From the IMG/VR virus record IMGVR_UViG_3300020213_000018: a stretch of 61,105 nt of DNA, one strand, 5' to 3'. The number at the start of each line of letters is the position of its first letter. The stretch's first letter is position 1. This document shows positions 1-10,372 of the stretch, piece by piece. The DNA comes from an uncultured virus (IMG/VR IMGVR_UViG_3300020213_000018). Taxonomy: Duplodnaviria; Heunggongvirae; Uroviricota; Caudoviricetes. Position numbers and translations under genes: made by a program. Under the pieces are notes generated by a model. The model had not been told where the DNA came from. It saw only the letters and a list, made by a program, of their open reading frames with translations, and searched no databases.

Positions 1-2
1 TA

Positions 3-212
3 AAACAAGTATATTTACCTTATGATAAAGCTAAATTATGGGTACATAATAACTTAGATATGACTTCCATAAACACAATACACAAATGGAAAGTAAATAC
101 TTGGCAGCTCCCTGAATTTATACCAAAAGTACCTGATAGTTTTTATAAAAATACAGGGTGGATTGATTGGAATTATTGGTTATTAAAAAAAAATAAATAT
201 GAAAGAGTTTAA
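3..212 (+). CDS. 3' end of a protein with an integrase-repeat-like (INT_rpt) unit, partial
   Basis: Manual translation of frame 3: KQVYLPYDKAKLWVHNNL...W...LPEFIPKVPDSFYKNTGWIDWNYWL, stop TAA at 210-212; resembles the Y.EAK...W...IP..P...Y...GW..W repeat. Confidence 0.6.
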   Translation, partial: KQVYLPYDKAKLWVHNNLDMTSINTIHKWKVNTWQLPEFIPKVPDSFYKNTGWIDWNYWLLKKNKYERV

Positions 213-936
213 AAAATTAAAAAAATTTAAGGTTCTTGTATGTGTCCCTCACTACGACGGTAAGAATTATTGCTTCGATGATTTTTTAAGTCGTGTCACA
301 AATTTGACTTACAAAAATTATGACATCCTAATAGCTGATAATTCTAAAAACAGAAAAAACAAAAAGAAAATTATGAAGTCGGGGGTTCAGTCTATTTATG
401 TAAACCCAAAACAAAAAGACAATCGTCAGTACATAGCAGATACACATGAAGCGTTACGTGTAGCTGCTTTAATAGGTAATTACGACTTTATGTTACACTT
501 AGAAAGTGACGTTTTTCCACCATTAGATATTATTGAGCGTTTATTATCTCATCAAAAAATGGTTGTTGCTGCACCTTACTTCATTAACTTCGGGCATGAT
601 AGTCATTTGATGGTACAACATATAGAAGGTGAAGGTGATTTAGTAAGACATACGGTTAACGTTGGTGGTGGATACGATATTCTTTTGATGGATGGAAAAT
701 TAAAAAAAGTTCATCACGCAGGATTAGGTTGTATATTAATTCATAAATCTGTTTTACAAAAAATTAATTTCAGATGGATGAAGGGATTGGATAGCCACCC
801 TGATGCTGTGTTTGCTGCGGATTGCAATGCTCAACAAATTCCAATTTTTTTAGATACAAGCATCTCAAATGTAGAACATAGAAATTCATCATGGTCGGAA
901 GTTACAGATTCGTTTGATTTACACTTAAGCCAATAA
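199..936 (+). CDS. GT-A fold (GT2-like) glycosyltransferase
   Basis: VLVCVPHY start, ILIADNS, LHLESDV (DxD-like), AGLGCILIHKSVL, HPDAVF. Confidence 0.75.
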   Translation: MKEFKKLKKFKVLVCVPHYDGKNYCFDDFLSRVTNLTYKNYDILIADNSKNRKNKKKIMKSGVQSIYVNPKQKDNRQYIADTHEALRVAALIGNYDFMLHLESDVFPPLDIIERLLSHQKMVVAAPYFINFGHDSHLMVQHIEGEGDLVRHTVNVGGGYDILLMDGKLKKVHHAGLGCILIHKSVLQKINFRWMKGLDSHPDAVFAADCNAQQIPIFLDTSISNVEHRNSSWSEVTDSFDLHLSQ

Positions 937-948
937 TTAAATTACAGA

Positions 949-1155
949 ATGAGAAATAAAATCATAAATATCTTATGTTCTGTGCTTAAATTTTTAGGAT
1001 TAAAATTTGAAATAACTCAATATCGTTGTGGTAGAAAATTATTTAAAGGTAAATACTATTATATATTCCCGAAAGGATTAATAATGGGATGCTTTTGGAG
1101 CGACCAACAAATAACTTCGTGCCTATCTGAAACTTTAGAAATAGAAGAATATTAA
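949..1155 (+). CDS. small hypothetical protein
   Basis: 68-aa ORF filling the gap between two co-oriented GT genes. Confidence 0.45.
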   Translation: MRNKIINILCSVLKFLGLKFEITQYRCGRKLFKGKYYYIFPKGLIMGCFWSDQQITSCLSETLEIEEY

Positions 1156-1211
1156 ATATCGGGGTTTTACGCTCAAATAGATAAATTTTAAAAAAAACAT
1201 AAAAAAATTGC

Positions 1212-1841
1212 ATGAGTAAAATTTCAATAGTAATGCCATCGCATCTTAATCCATACGTGGGTTCAGCATCACAAAGACGAGAAAAATTCCGAAGAGCAGT
1301 ACAATCTTTCTTACAACAAACATACGTTAACAAAGAATTAGTAGTAGTTTCTGACGACTGTAATGCCACAGAAGAAATAATACAAAAACATTTTCTTTCA
1401 CCACCAAACATTAAATTACTAAGGGTAAGTAAACAGCCTTTATTTTCGGGTAATGTTCGTGAAGTAGGTTTGAGGGCTGCGACAGGTGAAATAATTTGTT
1501 ACCTTGATAGCGATGACACCATAGGAGAGAACCATCTCAGTAACATTGTAAATAATTTTAATACAGAATATTTTGATTGGGTATTCTTTGATGACAAGAT
1601 ACGTTATCACCACTTGGAACACCTACCACTTGCTGAACGTGAAGTAAGTTTAACTGCGGGTATGGCAGGAACTTCTTGTATAGCTCATAAAAACTTACCA
1701 AACATCTCTTGGGATGGTGCAAACGGATACGGACACGATTGGACTTTTATTTCAAGATTGATGGCTCAATTCCCACGTTATACTAAAATAATTGGCGGGG
1801 AATATATCGTGTGCCATATACCAAATACCTGCGATAGTTAA
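1212..1841 (+). CDS. family 2 glycosyltransferase
   Basis: KISIVMPS, AVQSFLQQTYVNKELVVVSDD, GLRAATGEIICYLDSDD, GHDW. Confidence 0.9.
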   Translation: MSKISIVMPSHLNPYVGSASQRREKFRRAVQSFLQQTYVNKELVVVSDDCNATEEIIQKHFLSPPNIKLLRVSKQPLFSGNVREVGLRAATGEIICYLDSDDTIGENHLSNIVNNFNTEYFDWVFFDDKIRYHHLEHLPLAEREVSLTAGMAGTSCIAHKNLPNISWDGANGYGHDWTFISRLMAQFPRYTKIIGGEYIVCHIPNTCDS

Positions 1842-2431
1842 GTTATCTCCGAAAGTAAATAACCTGTTTTATTTTGAATCCTTAAATTAGGGTTATTGTT
1901 CTTTTGTCGGGAGTATTCACCGATACGATTAAAAGCTATTTCTGTCCTATTACACAAGTTATCTAACTTTAATGTAATCTTATTATCAATAACCTTGCAT
2001 TGTTCTTCTATTTCGGAATTTATGGTATTTAAAAACTTAGTAGATTCAATATACAAGTCAGATTGCCTTAAATAATTAATTTCCGAACCATTCATTCGTA
2101 TAATGAAACAATCGTGTCCGAGTTCATTAAATATACGTGTAGCCTCTACCTCTAATTTATACTGTATTTTCATTACAGCATCGTATGTATCTAATAATTT
2201 TTTATTTCGGTGTTCCTTATAGTTCCAATACTTTAAATAATCTATTCTCCTGATAGGAATGTTACGAAGTTGTTTTATAAAATCATATAAACTAATAGAT
2301 GAAATAAAATCATCACGATTAATGGTTTTCAAATACTTATCTGATTTACGACCAAAATAATCTAACTCAATAATGTTCTTAAAGGTTATTAATTCAAAAA
2401 TATCGTATTGAATTACGTTTATCATATTCAA
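1838..2431 (-). CDS. hypothetical protein
   Basis: 197-aa ORF, no recognised motif. Confidence 0.6.
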   Translation of the reverse strand: MNMINVIQYDIFELITFKNIIELDYFGRKSDKYLKTINRDDFISSISLYDFIKQLRNIPIRRIDYLKYWNYKEHRNKKLLDTYDAVMKIQYKLEVEATRIFNELGHDCFIIRMNGSEINYLRQSDLYIESTKFLNTINSEIEEQCKVIDNKITLKLDNLCNRTEIAFNRIGEYSRQKNNNPNLRIQNKTGYLLSEIT

Positions 2432-2454
2432 AAAACAATTTTTTTAAAAAATTA

Positions 2455-2997
2455 TTAGTTTTGAAATTTTTTGTGTTGCTTATTATTTTCAACTTCTTTT
2501 TTAACATACAAGTAGTATTCACGCTTAATAACTTTATCATTATTAGGGTTCTTCTCTTGGTATGTATTCATTACAGACTGTAAACGAATATTTGATTTAG
2601 CAACATCAATAGCTTCCAACATCAATTTATCGAAGTTATCTTCGCAATCTTTATCAATCTCAGTCACCTTAACTTCATAATCACGGCTACGAGCTAACCA
2701 ATTTTCAAAATATTGTTGCTGATAGAATAATTTACTCTCAGCATCCAATTTTTCAATTTCGAGTTTAGCAATAGAATACTCGTCAAGAATAACCTTCTTG
2801 GTAATGCCTATAAATAGAACACTCAAACTTTCTGTGGTATAACCACGCTCAATACGTAATTCTATTGCTTTAATCTGAGTATCGGTAGCGACTAATACTC
2901 CTTTAAAGTATTTTATTTTTTCGTCAATCTCAGGCTTTTGTTTTAAAAGCTCTACTAATTGTTCTGTTTCTTGGATTGTTGTGAATTTTTTATTCAT
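2455..2997 (-). CDS. hypothetical coiled-coil-rich protein
   Basis: 180-aa ORF, E/K-rich helical pattern. Confidence 0.65.
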   Translation of the reverse strand: MNKKFTTIQETEQLVELLKQKPEIDEKIKYFKGVLVATDTQIKAIELRIERGYTTESLSVLFIGITKKVILDEYSIAKLEIEKLDAESKLFYQQQYFENWLARSRDYEVKVTEIDKDCEDNFDKLMLEAIDVAKSNIRLQSVMNTYQEKNPNNDKVIKREYYLYVKKEVENNKQHKKFQN

Positions 2998-3067
2998 AAT
3001 AATTGGTTTTTGGTTTTTTGTACTTTATTTTTTTGCTGCTGTGCTATTAATGTCTAATGATGTAAAG

Positions 3068-5035
3068 TTATATATTTTTTTTAAGATTACATATCAAAGC
3101 TAACGTTGCTTTAGGTAAAATTGTAAACACTAACTTTTGTTTCTTTGAAATTTTAGTTTTTTTGGTTTCGTAGTTATTACCTGCGCTGTCATTTTCCTTA
3201 TTAACACCATAATCAATACGTGTTAAGTCTAACTTTACAGGATATTGTAATGATATAAATTCCCTTTGGAATTGACTTATACTTATATTACCCTGAGTTA
3301 ATATAGGTATAGTTATAGGATTTTCAGTGTCAGTATAATCAGATAATTCAATAATCTGAACTATTTGAGTATTACTTTTTGAATATAATTTTACAATATC
3401 TAAACTTTCATAATTCCCTGCTTCCACTCTATCTAAAAGCATCCTGTAAGAATCTTTAACTCCTACATGACAATTAATTCCTTCGGGGAAATCTTTTAAA
3501 TCATCAATATTATTTGGTAATTCTACACTTATAGTGTTTTCAGTTTTATTCTCAATCCAAATAGGAAATAAATGAAAATCGTGTGGTTTACTTAAAATAC
3601 CTGAAACATCACCACCTTTAATGGCACTCAATTCGTTTTGAGATTTGAATAAAATAACATTCATTCCATCACCCTTACTTTCTAAGTCAACTAATATTTC
3701 AGTATCCTTTAATTTAGAACTAAAATCAAAAGGTATAGTAATAACATTTCCATTGAAGCTATTTTCATCAATAAAACATATCGGGAAAATATCTGTACTC
3801 GTAATAACACCTTTTGAATCTGTTGACTTAATTAATATTGGTTGTTCAGCGTGAAGTTGTTTGTATAATTGAAATCTAATTAAATTTGGTTTAAAATCAT
3901 TTTCAGTCAACGCCAATTTATTTTTACCAATTGAATGACGAACATTATCAATAGTATTTGAACTAAGTATATCTACTTTTTTACATACATCAGATAAATT
4001 TTCAACTTCAATACTCATAAATCTATCGTTAGTTGTTGTTGCTATAAGACCGTTTTGATGTTTAAATAAATAAACAACACGAGTATTTGGCATAACAGTT
4101 ACTTTCATTTGGTTATCAGATGAAAGTTCCTCTCCAATAATATTAACATCATTTACTCCCGCCTGAAATTCATTACCGTTAATTTCAACAGACGGATAAT
4201 ATTTACTACCACTATTAAATTCAATAGGCTGTAAACATTGTTTGTGTTTATCCTCCAAACTACCTGATGTAATAAAAATTCTTATAGAATTAAAAATATA
4301 GTGTTGGTTCTCAAACTGAGAGCAAATATCCTGATAGTTTGTGCTAAACAAACCAAATATTCTTAAATCATCACGTAACATATAATCCTCTTTATATTTT
4401 TTTATATCAAACAGGATAATTTCTTTTGCTTCATTTGAATTATTTTCTATAACGACAGAACCTAAGTGTTTACAAGTAGTAAATGTTTGTTTACTTAACA
4501 AAACATCCAATTGCTTTCTGCTTCTTCCTTTTAATCTTTCACTGAAAAAAAATATTATAACAATTGTTGAGTTTGGAATCAAATTAAATTCCAAGTCATT
4601 TGTTAATCCATCTAATACAAATGAACATTGAACATCCATTATACCACTTTGGAACTGAAATTTTGAAAAAGAATCTAAAGGTATAATAGCAGGTCGGCTA
4701 TACGTTAATCCCATAGGGTTTTTTGAAACAAGATAAATTGGTGATTCAGATTGTACACCCATCAAAGTAGTTGACTGCAACCTAACCTTACATGATAAAT
4801 GTGGATTTTCATAAAAATATTTTTTTAGAAATTCAAGGCTCATATTATTTCCACCTGCCATTGCCATATTCTCTACTGTTACACCTTTTTGGTTTTGATT
4901 AAAAATCTCAAAAGCACAAACCTTCTTCACTTCGTTTGTGTGGTTAGTATATGTTAAATGTATAGGAATTAAACGGTCTGTGGTTTGCATTGCATTTCTT
5001 GTTAACTCTACGACTGACAAATTTTTATTTTTCAT
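3068..5035 (-). CDS. protein with four tandem copies of an unknown beta-rich domain (QFQSG family)
   Basis: Units begin with a hydrophobic strand plus N (LTYTN, VVIEN, IEVEN, IWIEN), contain QFQSG/EFQAG/SFNGN/QFQRE, and three of the four end in a strand-P-strand; paralogous to 7839-8861 and 11936-12745. Confidence 0.75.
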   Translation of the reverse strand: MKNKNLSVVELTRNAMQTTDRLIPIHLTYTNHTNEVKKVCAFEIFNQNQKGVTVENMAMAGGNNMSLEFLKKYFYENPHLSCKVRLQSTTLMGVQSESPIYLVSKNPMGLTYSRPAIIPLDSFSKFQFQSGIMDVQCSFVLDGLTNDLEFNLIPNSTIVIIFFFSERLKGRSRKQLDVLLSKQTFTTCKHLGSVVIENNSNEAKEIILFDIKKYKEDYMLRDDLRIFGLFSTNYQDICSQFENQHYIFNSIRIFITSGSLEDKHKQCLQPIEFNSGSKYYPSVEINGNEFQAGVNDVNIIGEELSSDNQMKVTVMPNTRVVYLFKHQNGLIATTTNDRFMSIEVENLSDVCKKVDILSSNTIDNVRHSIGKNKLALTENDFKPNLIRFQLYKQLHAEQPILIKSTDSKGVITSTDIFPICFIDENSFNGNVITIPFDFSSKLKDTEILVDLESKGDGMNVILFKSQNELSAIKGGDVSGILSKPHDFHLFPIWIENKTENTISVELPNNIDDLKDFPEGINCHVGVKDSYRMLLDRVEAGNYESLDIVKLYSKSNTQIVQIIELSDYTDTENPITIPILTQGNISISQFQREFISLQYPVKLDLTRIDYGVNKENDSAGNNYETKKTKISKKQKLVFTILPKATLALICNLKKNI

Positions 5036-5056
5036 ATTATTTATTTTATTTCAACA

Positions 5057-5812
5057 TTACCATTGTTTAAGGTTAGGTTGTGCTGATTGAGGGTCTTTAT
5101 TAACATCAGTAACATTTATATCAATATCAAAATCAACAGCAGGAAAATTTTTATTTCTCAACAATACATCACCTATATAATCTTCAACAATTTCAAAGTC
5201 AGGTAACATTTCTAAAATTTGTTTAAGACCAATTTCACCTTCATATAATTCAGAATCCACATATTCGGTGTATAAATAACGCACGTTTTTTAATGCTTCT
5301 TTACCACCGTTAATCAAGTCAACTTCCGCTCCCTGAATATCAGCCCAAATAAAATCAATTGGTCTTGCTGTTAACCCTCCACGCTGAACATGATAGTCAA
5401 GAGTTACTACATCAGTTTCACCTTCAATAAAAGTCATTTCTTTAAACGACTCAGTAACTAATTTTGGTTTACGTATTGAGGACGAACCATAGTAATTAGC
5501 TACCAAAACTCCTGATTCATATTTTTGACCTCCGCTTTTGTATAACTTCATTTTACCATTAGATGCACCAATAGCTTCTCTAAAGAATCGAACATTATTA
5601 CTATTGGATGATAGGTAATACGATAATCTATTTACAACACTACCCATCAATTCCTCATTAGGCTCAAAACAATGGAAGGTATATAATTTACCCGTGTGTT
5701 GTAAAATATCTAACATGATACGGCTGTGGTAGGCATCACAAGCACCAAATTCTAATACAGTAGGTTGTTCTGAGGATGCGATAATTTTTTTGAAACGTTC
5801 TAATATTTCCAT
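5057..5812 (-). CDS. FkbM-family methyltransferase
   Basis: VLEFGACD, CFEPN, SSSIRKP, IDFIWADIQGAEVDLINGG, YLYTEY. Confidence 0.88.
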   Translation of the reverse strand: MEILERFKKIIASSEQPTVLEFGACDAYHSRIMLDILQHTGKLYTFHCFEPNEELMGSVVNRLSYYLSSNSNNVRFFREAIGASNGKMKLYKSGGQKYESGVLVANYYGSSSIRKPKLVTESFKEMTFIEGETDVVTLDYHVQRGGLTARPIDFIWADIQGAEVDLINGGKEALKNVRYLYTEYVDSELYEGEIGLKQILEMLPDFEIVEDYIGDVLLRNKNFPAVDFDIDINVTDVNKDPQSAQPNLKQW

Positions 5813-5895
5813 AGCTTTTTGTTTTTATTTAGTTTATATTTTTTTATTTATTTTTTATTATTAAAATTTATATAAATCTTTGCGTTATTATCCAC

Positions 5896-6504
5896 CTATT
5901 TTTTCTCAAAAATTACATCCTTATAATCAATATCAATTTTAATATTGTTTTTATTGAACTTATGTACAAAACCACTATCATTTATTTTTTTGTCATAAGT
6001 AATAGGTCTAAATAAATTATAAACCGAACTTTCAAACATACAGAAGTTAGCATTATAAATTACTAAAAGTCCGCCATCTTTTACTTTATCGGATAATATT
6101 CTAACTCCTTCATCAAATACATTGAATGGATAAATATTACTGCAATCATCTATAAGTTCCGTGTCTTCCCATTTACAAAAAACACTCATTGCAAAAATAA
6201 CATCATACTTTATTGATGATTCAATAAATTCATCATATCTGTAAATTTTATTATCATCTCCGAATCTTTCTATACAATGAGTTACACAATCAGAGTTAAT
6301 ATCAACACCATCAATAACACTATGCTCAAAATATTTATCTTTTAATGTTTGTATTTCATCACCAAATGAACAACCAAAAGAAAGTATTTTAGGTTCAAGT
6401 CCTCTAATCATAGGCTCGTGATAACCACCTTTAATTATATGACACCTTTGAAATATCTCAGGGTATCTATCGTACTTAGTAGCGTTATTTTTTTGATGTA
6501 ACAT
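5896..6504 (-). CDS. class I SAM-dependent methyltransferase
   Basis: KILSFGCSFGDE, IDGVDIN, YDVIFAMSV, VKDGGLLVI. Confidence 0.8.
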   Translation of the reverse strand: MLHQKNNATKYDRYPEIFQRCHIIKGGYHEPMIRGLEPKILSFGCSFGDEIQTLKDKYFEHSVIDGVDINSDCVTHCIERFGDDNKIYRYDEFIESSIKYDVIFAMSVFCKWEDTELIDDCSNIYPFNVFDEGVRILSDKVKDGGLLVIYNANFCMFESSVYNLFRPITYDKKINDSGFVHKFNKNNIKIDIDYKDVIFEKK

Positions 6505-6520
6505 TATAAATTAATATTAA

Positions 6521-7150
6521 TTACTTTTTACAAATTATTACTATTCTTTTTAATACGGGTGATGGTACAGCGTGAATATCATACCAACCGTGTTTAGGTT
6601 GTTCGGGATACGTAACTATTGAATAATGTTCTTTTAGTTTTTCTACTAAACGATATAAATTTGGTCGAGAACCAACACCACTTAATGACTGAGATTGAGC
6701 TTCCTGAACTTCATCCAAATTATTTTCATCACCATTAAGTTCAATACAGGTTTCAATTACCATTTCCTTATGGTCAATTTTTTGTAAGTTATCAATGAAC
6801 TCAAAAGGGTTTCTTAAATGATAAAGTAAACCATAATTGTAAATAAAATCAATAGGTTCATTTATGATTAATGGCAACTCAAGGTCATGTAGTAACGGTA
6901 CAACATTTTTATATTTACCAACACGTTCTTTAAGAACTTCAACATTATCTTCACGACCCTCAACTGTAATTATTTTTTTAGGCTTCTTTTTAAGAAGAAA
7001 TAATGTATGATTACCAATACCCGAACCAAGTTCAAGTACAGTTTTACCTTCTAAATTAATATTTAAGGTATCAAAATTATCAAACCTTACTTTATCAATT
7101 GATAAATATTGAGGTTCGTCAAATACTTCTTCGGGGGTTGTCGTAGCCAT
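6521..7150 (-). CDS. class I SAM-dependent methyltransferase
   Basis: GKTVLELGSGIG, ITVEGR, YGLLYHLRNP, VIET. Confidence 0.85.
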   Translation of the reverse strand: MATTTPEEVFDEPQYLSIDKVRFDNFDTLNINLEGKTVLELGSGIGNHTLFLLKKKPKKIITVEGREDNVEVLKERVGKYKNVVPLLHDLELPLIINEPIDFIYNYGLLYHLRNPFEFIDNLQKIDHKEMVIETCIELNGDENNLDEVQEAQSQSLSGVGSRPNLYRLVEKLKEHYSIVTYPEQPKHGWYDIHAVPSPVLKRIVIICKK

Positions 7151-7158
7151 ATAGTTAT

Positions 7159-7770
7159 TTACTTTGCTAATATTATATTTTCGTTATTCAACATTAATTT
7201 CCTGAAACCAAAAGTTCCTAATTTTACAGCTATTTCATCATAATGTCCGTCATGTTCAATGCAAATCATTTTTAAGCGGTGTAAAAAATCATTTGGAATA
7301 GTCCTGAATAAATTTATGTTTGTTCCTTCTACATCAATATTTAAAAAATCAACGTCCGCACCATGAACACTAATTAAAGTGTTCATTGACATAGATTGAA
7401 CCTGTATTGGACTATATTTAATTTTATATTCCCCTTCTTCCCACTTCTTTTTATGTGCAATATCAGTAGTGCCTATTGCATCACCACCAACGGTATCATA
7501 AAAATCAATATAACCATCATTTTCAGTTATAGCCACTTGTAATAATTGAATACGTGGGTCAAATTCATATACTTTTTTTATACGACCCATACAGGTAGGT
7601 GAAGGTTCAACTAAAATTCCACGCCATCCTTGTTCAAGTAATTTTCTAGAGTTTGAAAATGTATATGGGTCAAACGACCCAATCTCTATTAATTTACCAC
7701 CTCTACCATTAAGGTCGTGGAAGTGTTCTGTTATGTATTTTTCTTCATCGTTTTGGCTAAAGTATTTCAT
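7159..7770 (-). CDS. FkbM-family methyltransferase
   Basis: YFSQNDEE, IEIGSFD, SNS, GWRGILVEP, DFLNIDVEG, ICIEH. Confidence 0.9.
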   Translation of the reverse strand: MKYFSQNDEEKYITEHFHDLNGRGGKLIEIGSFDPYTFSNSRKLLEQGWRGILVEPSPTCMGRIKKVYEFDPRIQLLQVAITENDGYIDFYDTVGGDAIGTTDIAHKKKWEEGEYKIKYSPIQVQSMSMNTLISVHGADVDFLNIDVEGTNINLFRTIPNDFLHRLKMICIEHDGHYDEIAVKLGTFGFRKLMLNNENIILAK

Positions 7771-7838
7771 GGTGTTTTTTTTTAGTTTATTAATTATTTT
7801 TTTATATCAACGGAAAAGGTTTGTAGCATAACCTGAAA

Positions 7839-8861
7839 TTAATCGTTAGGCTTATAATTTTTTATCTCATCGTAATTTCCAAAACTATACATCATCATTG
7901 ATTTAGGCGCAACAGTTACAATGAACGAATCAAACTTTTCTTCACTATCTAACCTCATGTCGAGAGCAATATTTAAAAATTGATGTTCACTCTTATAACC
8001 GTTTGTTTTTATTATGCGACCATTAACCACCAAGTCAGTAAATTCATCTTGATTAGGATTAACTAATCTTACAACATCATAGCCTTTGTAACTTTTATCT
8101 TTATATATATAAAGACCTTTATTCTTTATCCGTTGTAAATTGAAAATATATCCGTATTCTTTTTTATCTTCTCCATAAATCGTATGCTTAGAACCAAAAC
8201 TATCTTCACCTTCATACAAATTATACACCTTTCCGTTTTTGTCATACTCAACTAATTTACGATAGTGGTCTTCACTAAATAAATCAATTGTCATTGGTTC
8301 ATCTGAATCATTTTCTACCACAATAGGAAATCCTTTGAATGGCGTTAAACCTTTATCAATATTTAATACATTATCCAAAATATCAAAACCACTTTCATCA
8401 TCTTTCAATTTTTTCTTTTCTACTTTTGAAAACATTGTTACAGTAAAGCTCTCATTTGGTTCAATTTCAAAAATTATATCTGTGGAATAGCCATCAAACT
8501 CAGCATCAACAGGAATATCTACTATACCTGATTGAAATTGGTTTGGTGAAAAGTTTTCTCCTATAACGAACATTGGAATTTGCATCATTGAACCAAAAGG
8601 ATTCCCTGATTGAAATATAAATTTTCGGAAGTATAGTTTTTTATTTTCCTTACAATCACCAAACTGAAATCTAACTAATTCAATATCCATTTTATGATTC
8701 ATTAACCAATTTTTTAGATTATTGAAATCAAAATGATTGCAATGTGTTGATTGAACTACAAGACCACTATTATCAGAAAACACCTGAAACAATGAAGCAT
8801 ACTGTTTTTTTTCAGTTGAATTTGTAAATTTAAGTCCTAAGACATCGTGTTGATTTTTCAT
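7839..8861 (-). CDS. protein with two copies of the QFQSG beta-rich domain
   Basis: FSPNQFQSGIVDIPVD in unit 1; FPIVVEN...HQFL...VTVAPKS in unit 2. Confidence 0.75.
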   Translation of the reverse strand: MKNQHDVLGLKFTNSTEKKQYASLFQVFSDNSGLVVQSTHCNHFDFNNLKNWLMNHKMDIELVRFQFGDCKENKKLYFRKFIFQSGNPFGSMMQIPMFVIGENFSPNQFQSGIVDIPVDAEFDGYSTDIIFEIEPNESFTVTMFSKVEKKKLKDDESGFDILDNVLNIDKGLTPFKGFPIVVENDSDEPMTIDLFSEDHYRKLVEYDKNGKVYNLYEGEDSFGSKHTIYGEDKKEYGYIFNLQRIKNKGLYIYKDKSYKGYDVVRLVNPNQDEFTDLVVNGRIIKTNGYKSEHQFLNIALDMRLDSEEKFDSFIVTVAPKSMMMYSFGNYDEIKNYKPND

Positions 8862-8872
8862 AATTTGTTTTA

Positions 8873-9451
8873 TTAAATTTGTTTGTTTGAAATAAAATTG
8901 TAAAAATAGTACGCTTTACCTACATTAGCTTCCGTCTTTAATAAACCTGAACGCATAATACTCATACCCCATTCAACATCTTCACCGTGATTAATTTCAG
9001 GGAATCTGAATTGTCTTGATATTTTTGTACGTATTGGATTTAAGTGTAATGGTGGTCTGTAATAAATTCCACTTTGTTCAAACACAGAATTATATTTAAT
9101 ACTATGAATAAATGTTTTAGCATTTAATCCATTTGTTGTTATTACACCTTCGAGTGCAACCACGTCAGGGTTTTCAGTTTTCAATTTATTTATAATTAGT
9201 GGTAAATAATCGTCAGAAACCATATCGTCATCATCAATAAAAGCAGCCCAATCACCACTACAACTTTGTAGCAATGAATTACGCTTGTATCCGATAGTAT
9301 GTTCACCACGCTTATCTTTACTTAAAAGTATCTCGATGTCATTCTTTAAATTATAATCACGCATTTGTCTTGCTAACGTGAACATAAGACTATTTAGCAT
9401 ATTCTCACGTCCTTCAATCGTGCAAATTAGTATTGATAAAGTTGGGTTCAT
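8873..9451 (-). CDS. family 2 glycosyltransferase
   Basis: LSILICT, IGYKRNSLL, AFIDDDD, HGED. Confidence 0.88.
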   Translation of the reverse strand: MNPTLSILICTIEGRENMLNSLMFTLARQMRDYNLKNDIEILLSKDKRGEHTIGYKRNSLLQSCSGDWAAFIDDDDMVSDDYLPLIINKLKTENPDVVALEGVITTNGLNAKTFIHSIKYNSVFEQSGIYYRPPLHLNPIRTKISRQFRFPEINHGEDVEWGMSIMRSGLLKTEANVGKAYYFYNFISNKQI

Positions 9452-9516
9452 TTTTACGTTTTTTTAGTTTTTTAAATTACACTTATCAAGCGGTATATTT
9501 ATTTTTTCAGCCATCC

Positions 9517-10320
9517 TTAAAATCTAAAAGGGCAGCAGTTCCAAAGTTTATTCAAATCAATATCAAGTATCGGTTTAACAAAGCCATCATAAGCAGCTAA
9601 AGCCCATAGAGTTTCTTTCTTTAAATTATCCCCACGTAAATCAATAAAGCTATCTTTTTTTAACTCTATCGAACTGAAATAATCAAAATATTTAAAGTCA
9701 TCTCCACCAATAAGGTCAGTAAACTTAGTCCACTCACAAGGTATTTCGTAAGCGTGAGAAGCAATTATACCGTGAAGACTTGATGAAATTGTTTTTTCGC
9801 AAGATTTTATTTCACGAACTACACTTTCAACATCCTCATTTATATCAATAACCTTTATCCCGTATGTAGCTAATTCCATATCTGTCATATCCAATTTATC
9901 GTAGAAAGTTTTTGTATCTACATAATGTGGGATAATACCCAACTTCCACATCTTAGGGACTTCGGGATTATAAATACGTGGCAAAATCAAAGCAGGGTCG
10001 CCATAAACATGATTAAATTCAACGCCTTTATTCTGTAACAAAGCACCTGTAAGTTTTCCTCTAACGGCTAATATAGCTCTCTTAGGTGGTATATCATCAT
10101 TACTGAAAGCTAAACCGCATCCCCATACAATTGCGTTTACTACATCGTTATTTAAAATAGAACCCGTTACCATAACTTTTACACACGGGTCGTTACGGTC
10201 AACTAATACAGGCGTTCTACGGCTTAATTTCTTTATCAAATAATGTGTTAAATTATCACCAAAATTATTTGATGAATACCAAAATGCGGGTATGTATTTA
10301 CTATTTATAAATTCGGACAT
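9517..10320 (-). CDS. polysaccharide pyruvyl transferase family (ExoV-like)
   Basis: NNFGD, GSIL, VWGCG, AVRGKLT, GDPALILP, GIIPHY, SSSLHGII, FKYFDY. Confidence 0.88.
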   Translation of the reverse strand: MSEFINSKYIPAFWYSSNNFGDNLTHYLIKKLSRRTPVLVDRNDPCVKVMVTGSILNNDVVNAIVWGCGLAFSNDDIPPKRAILAVRGKLTGALLQNKGVEFNHVYGDPALILPRIYNPEVPKMWKLGIIPHYVDTKTFYDKLDMTDMELATYGIKVIDINEDVESVVREIKSCEKTISSSLHGIIASHAYEIPCEWTKFTDLIGGDDFKYFDYFSSIELKKDSFIDLRGDNLKKETLWALAAYDGFVKPILDIDLNKLWNCCPFRF

Positions 10321-10372
10321 ATATTAAAAAAATTAAATAAAATAAATGATATTTTATTGATTTTTATTTTTT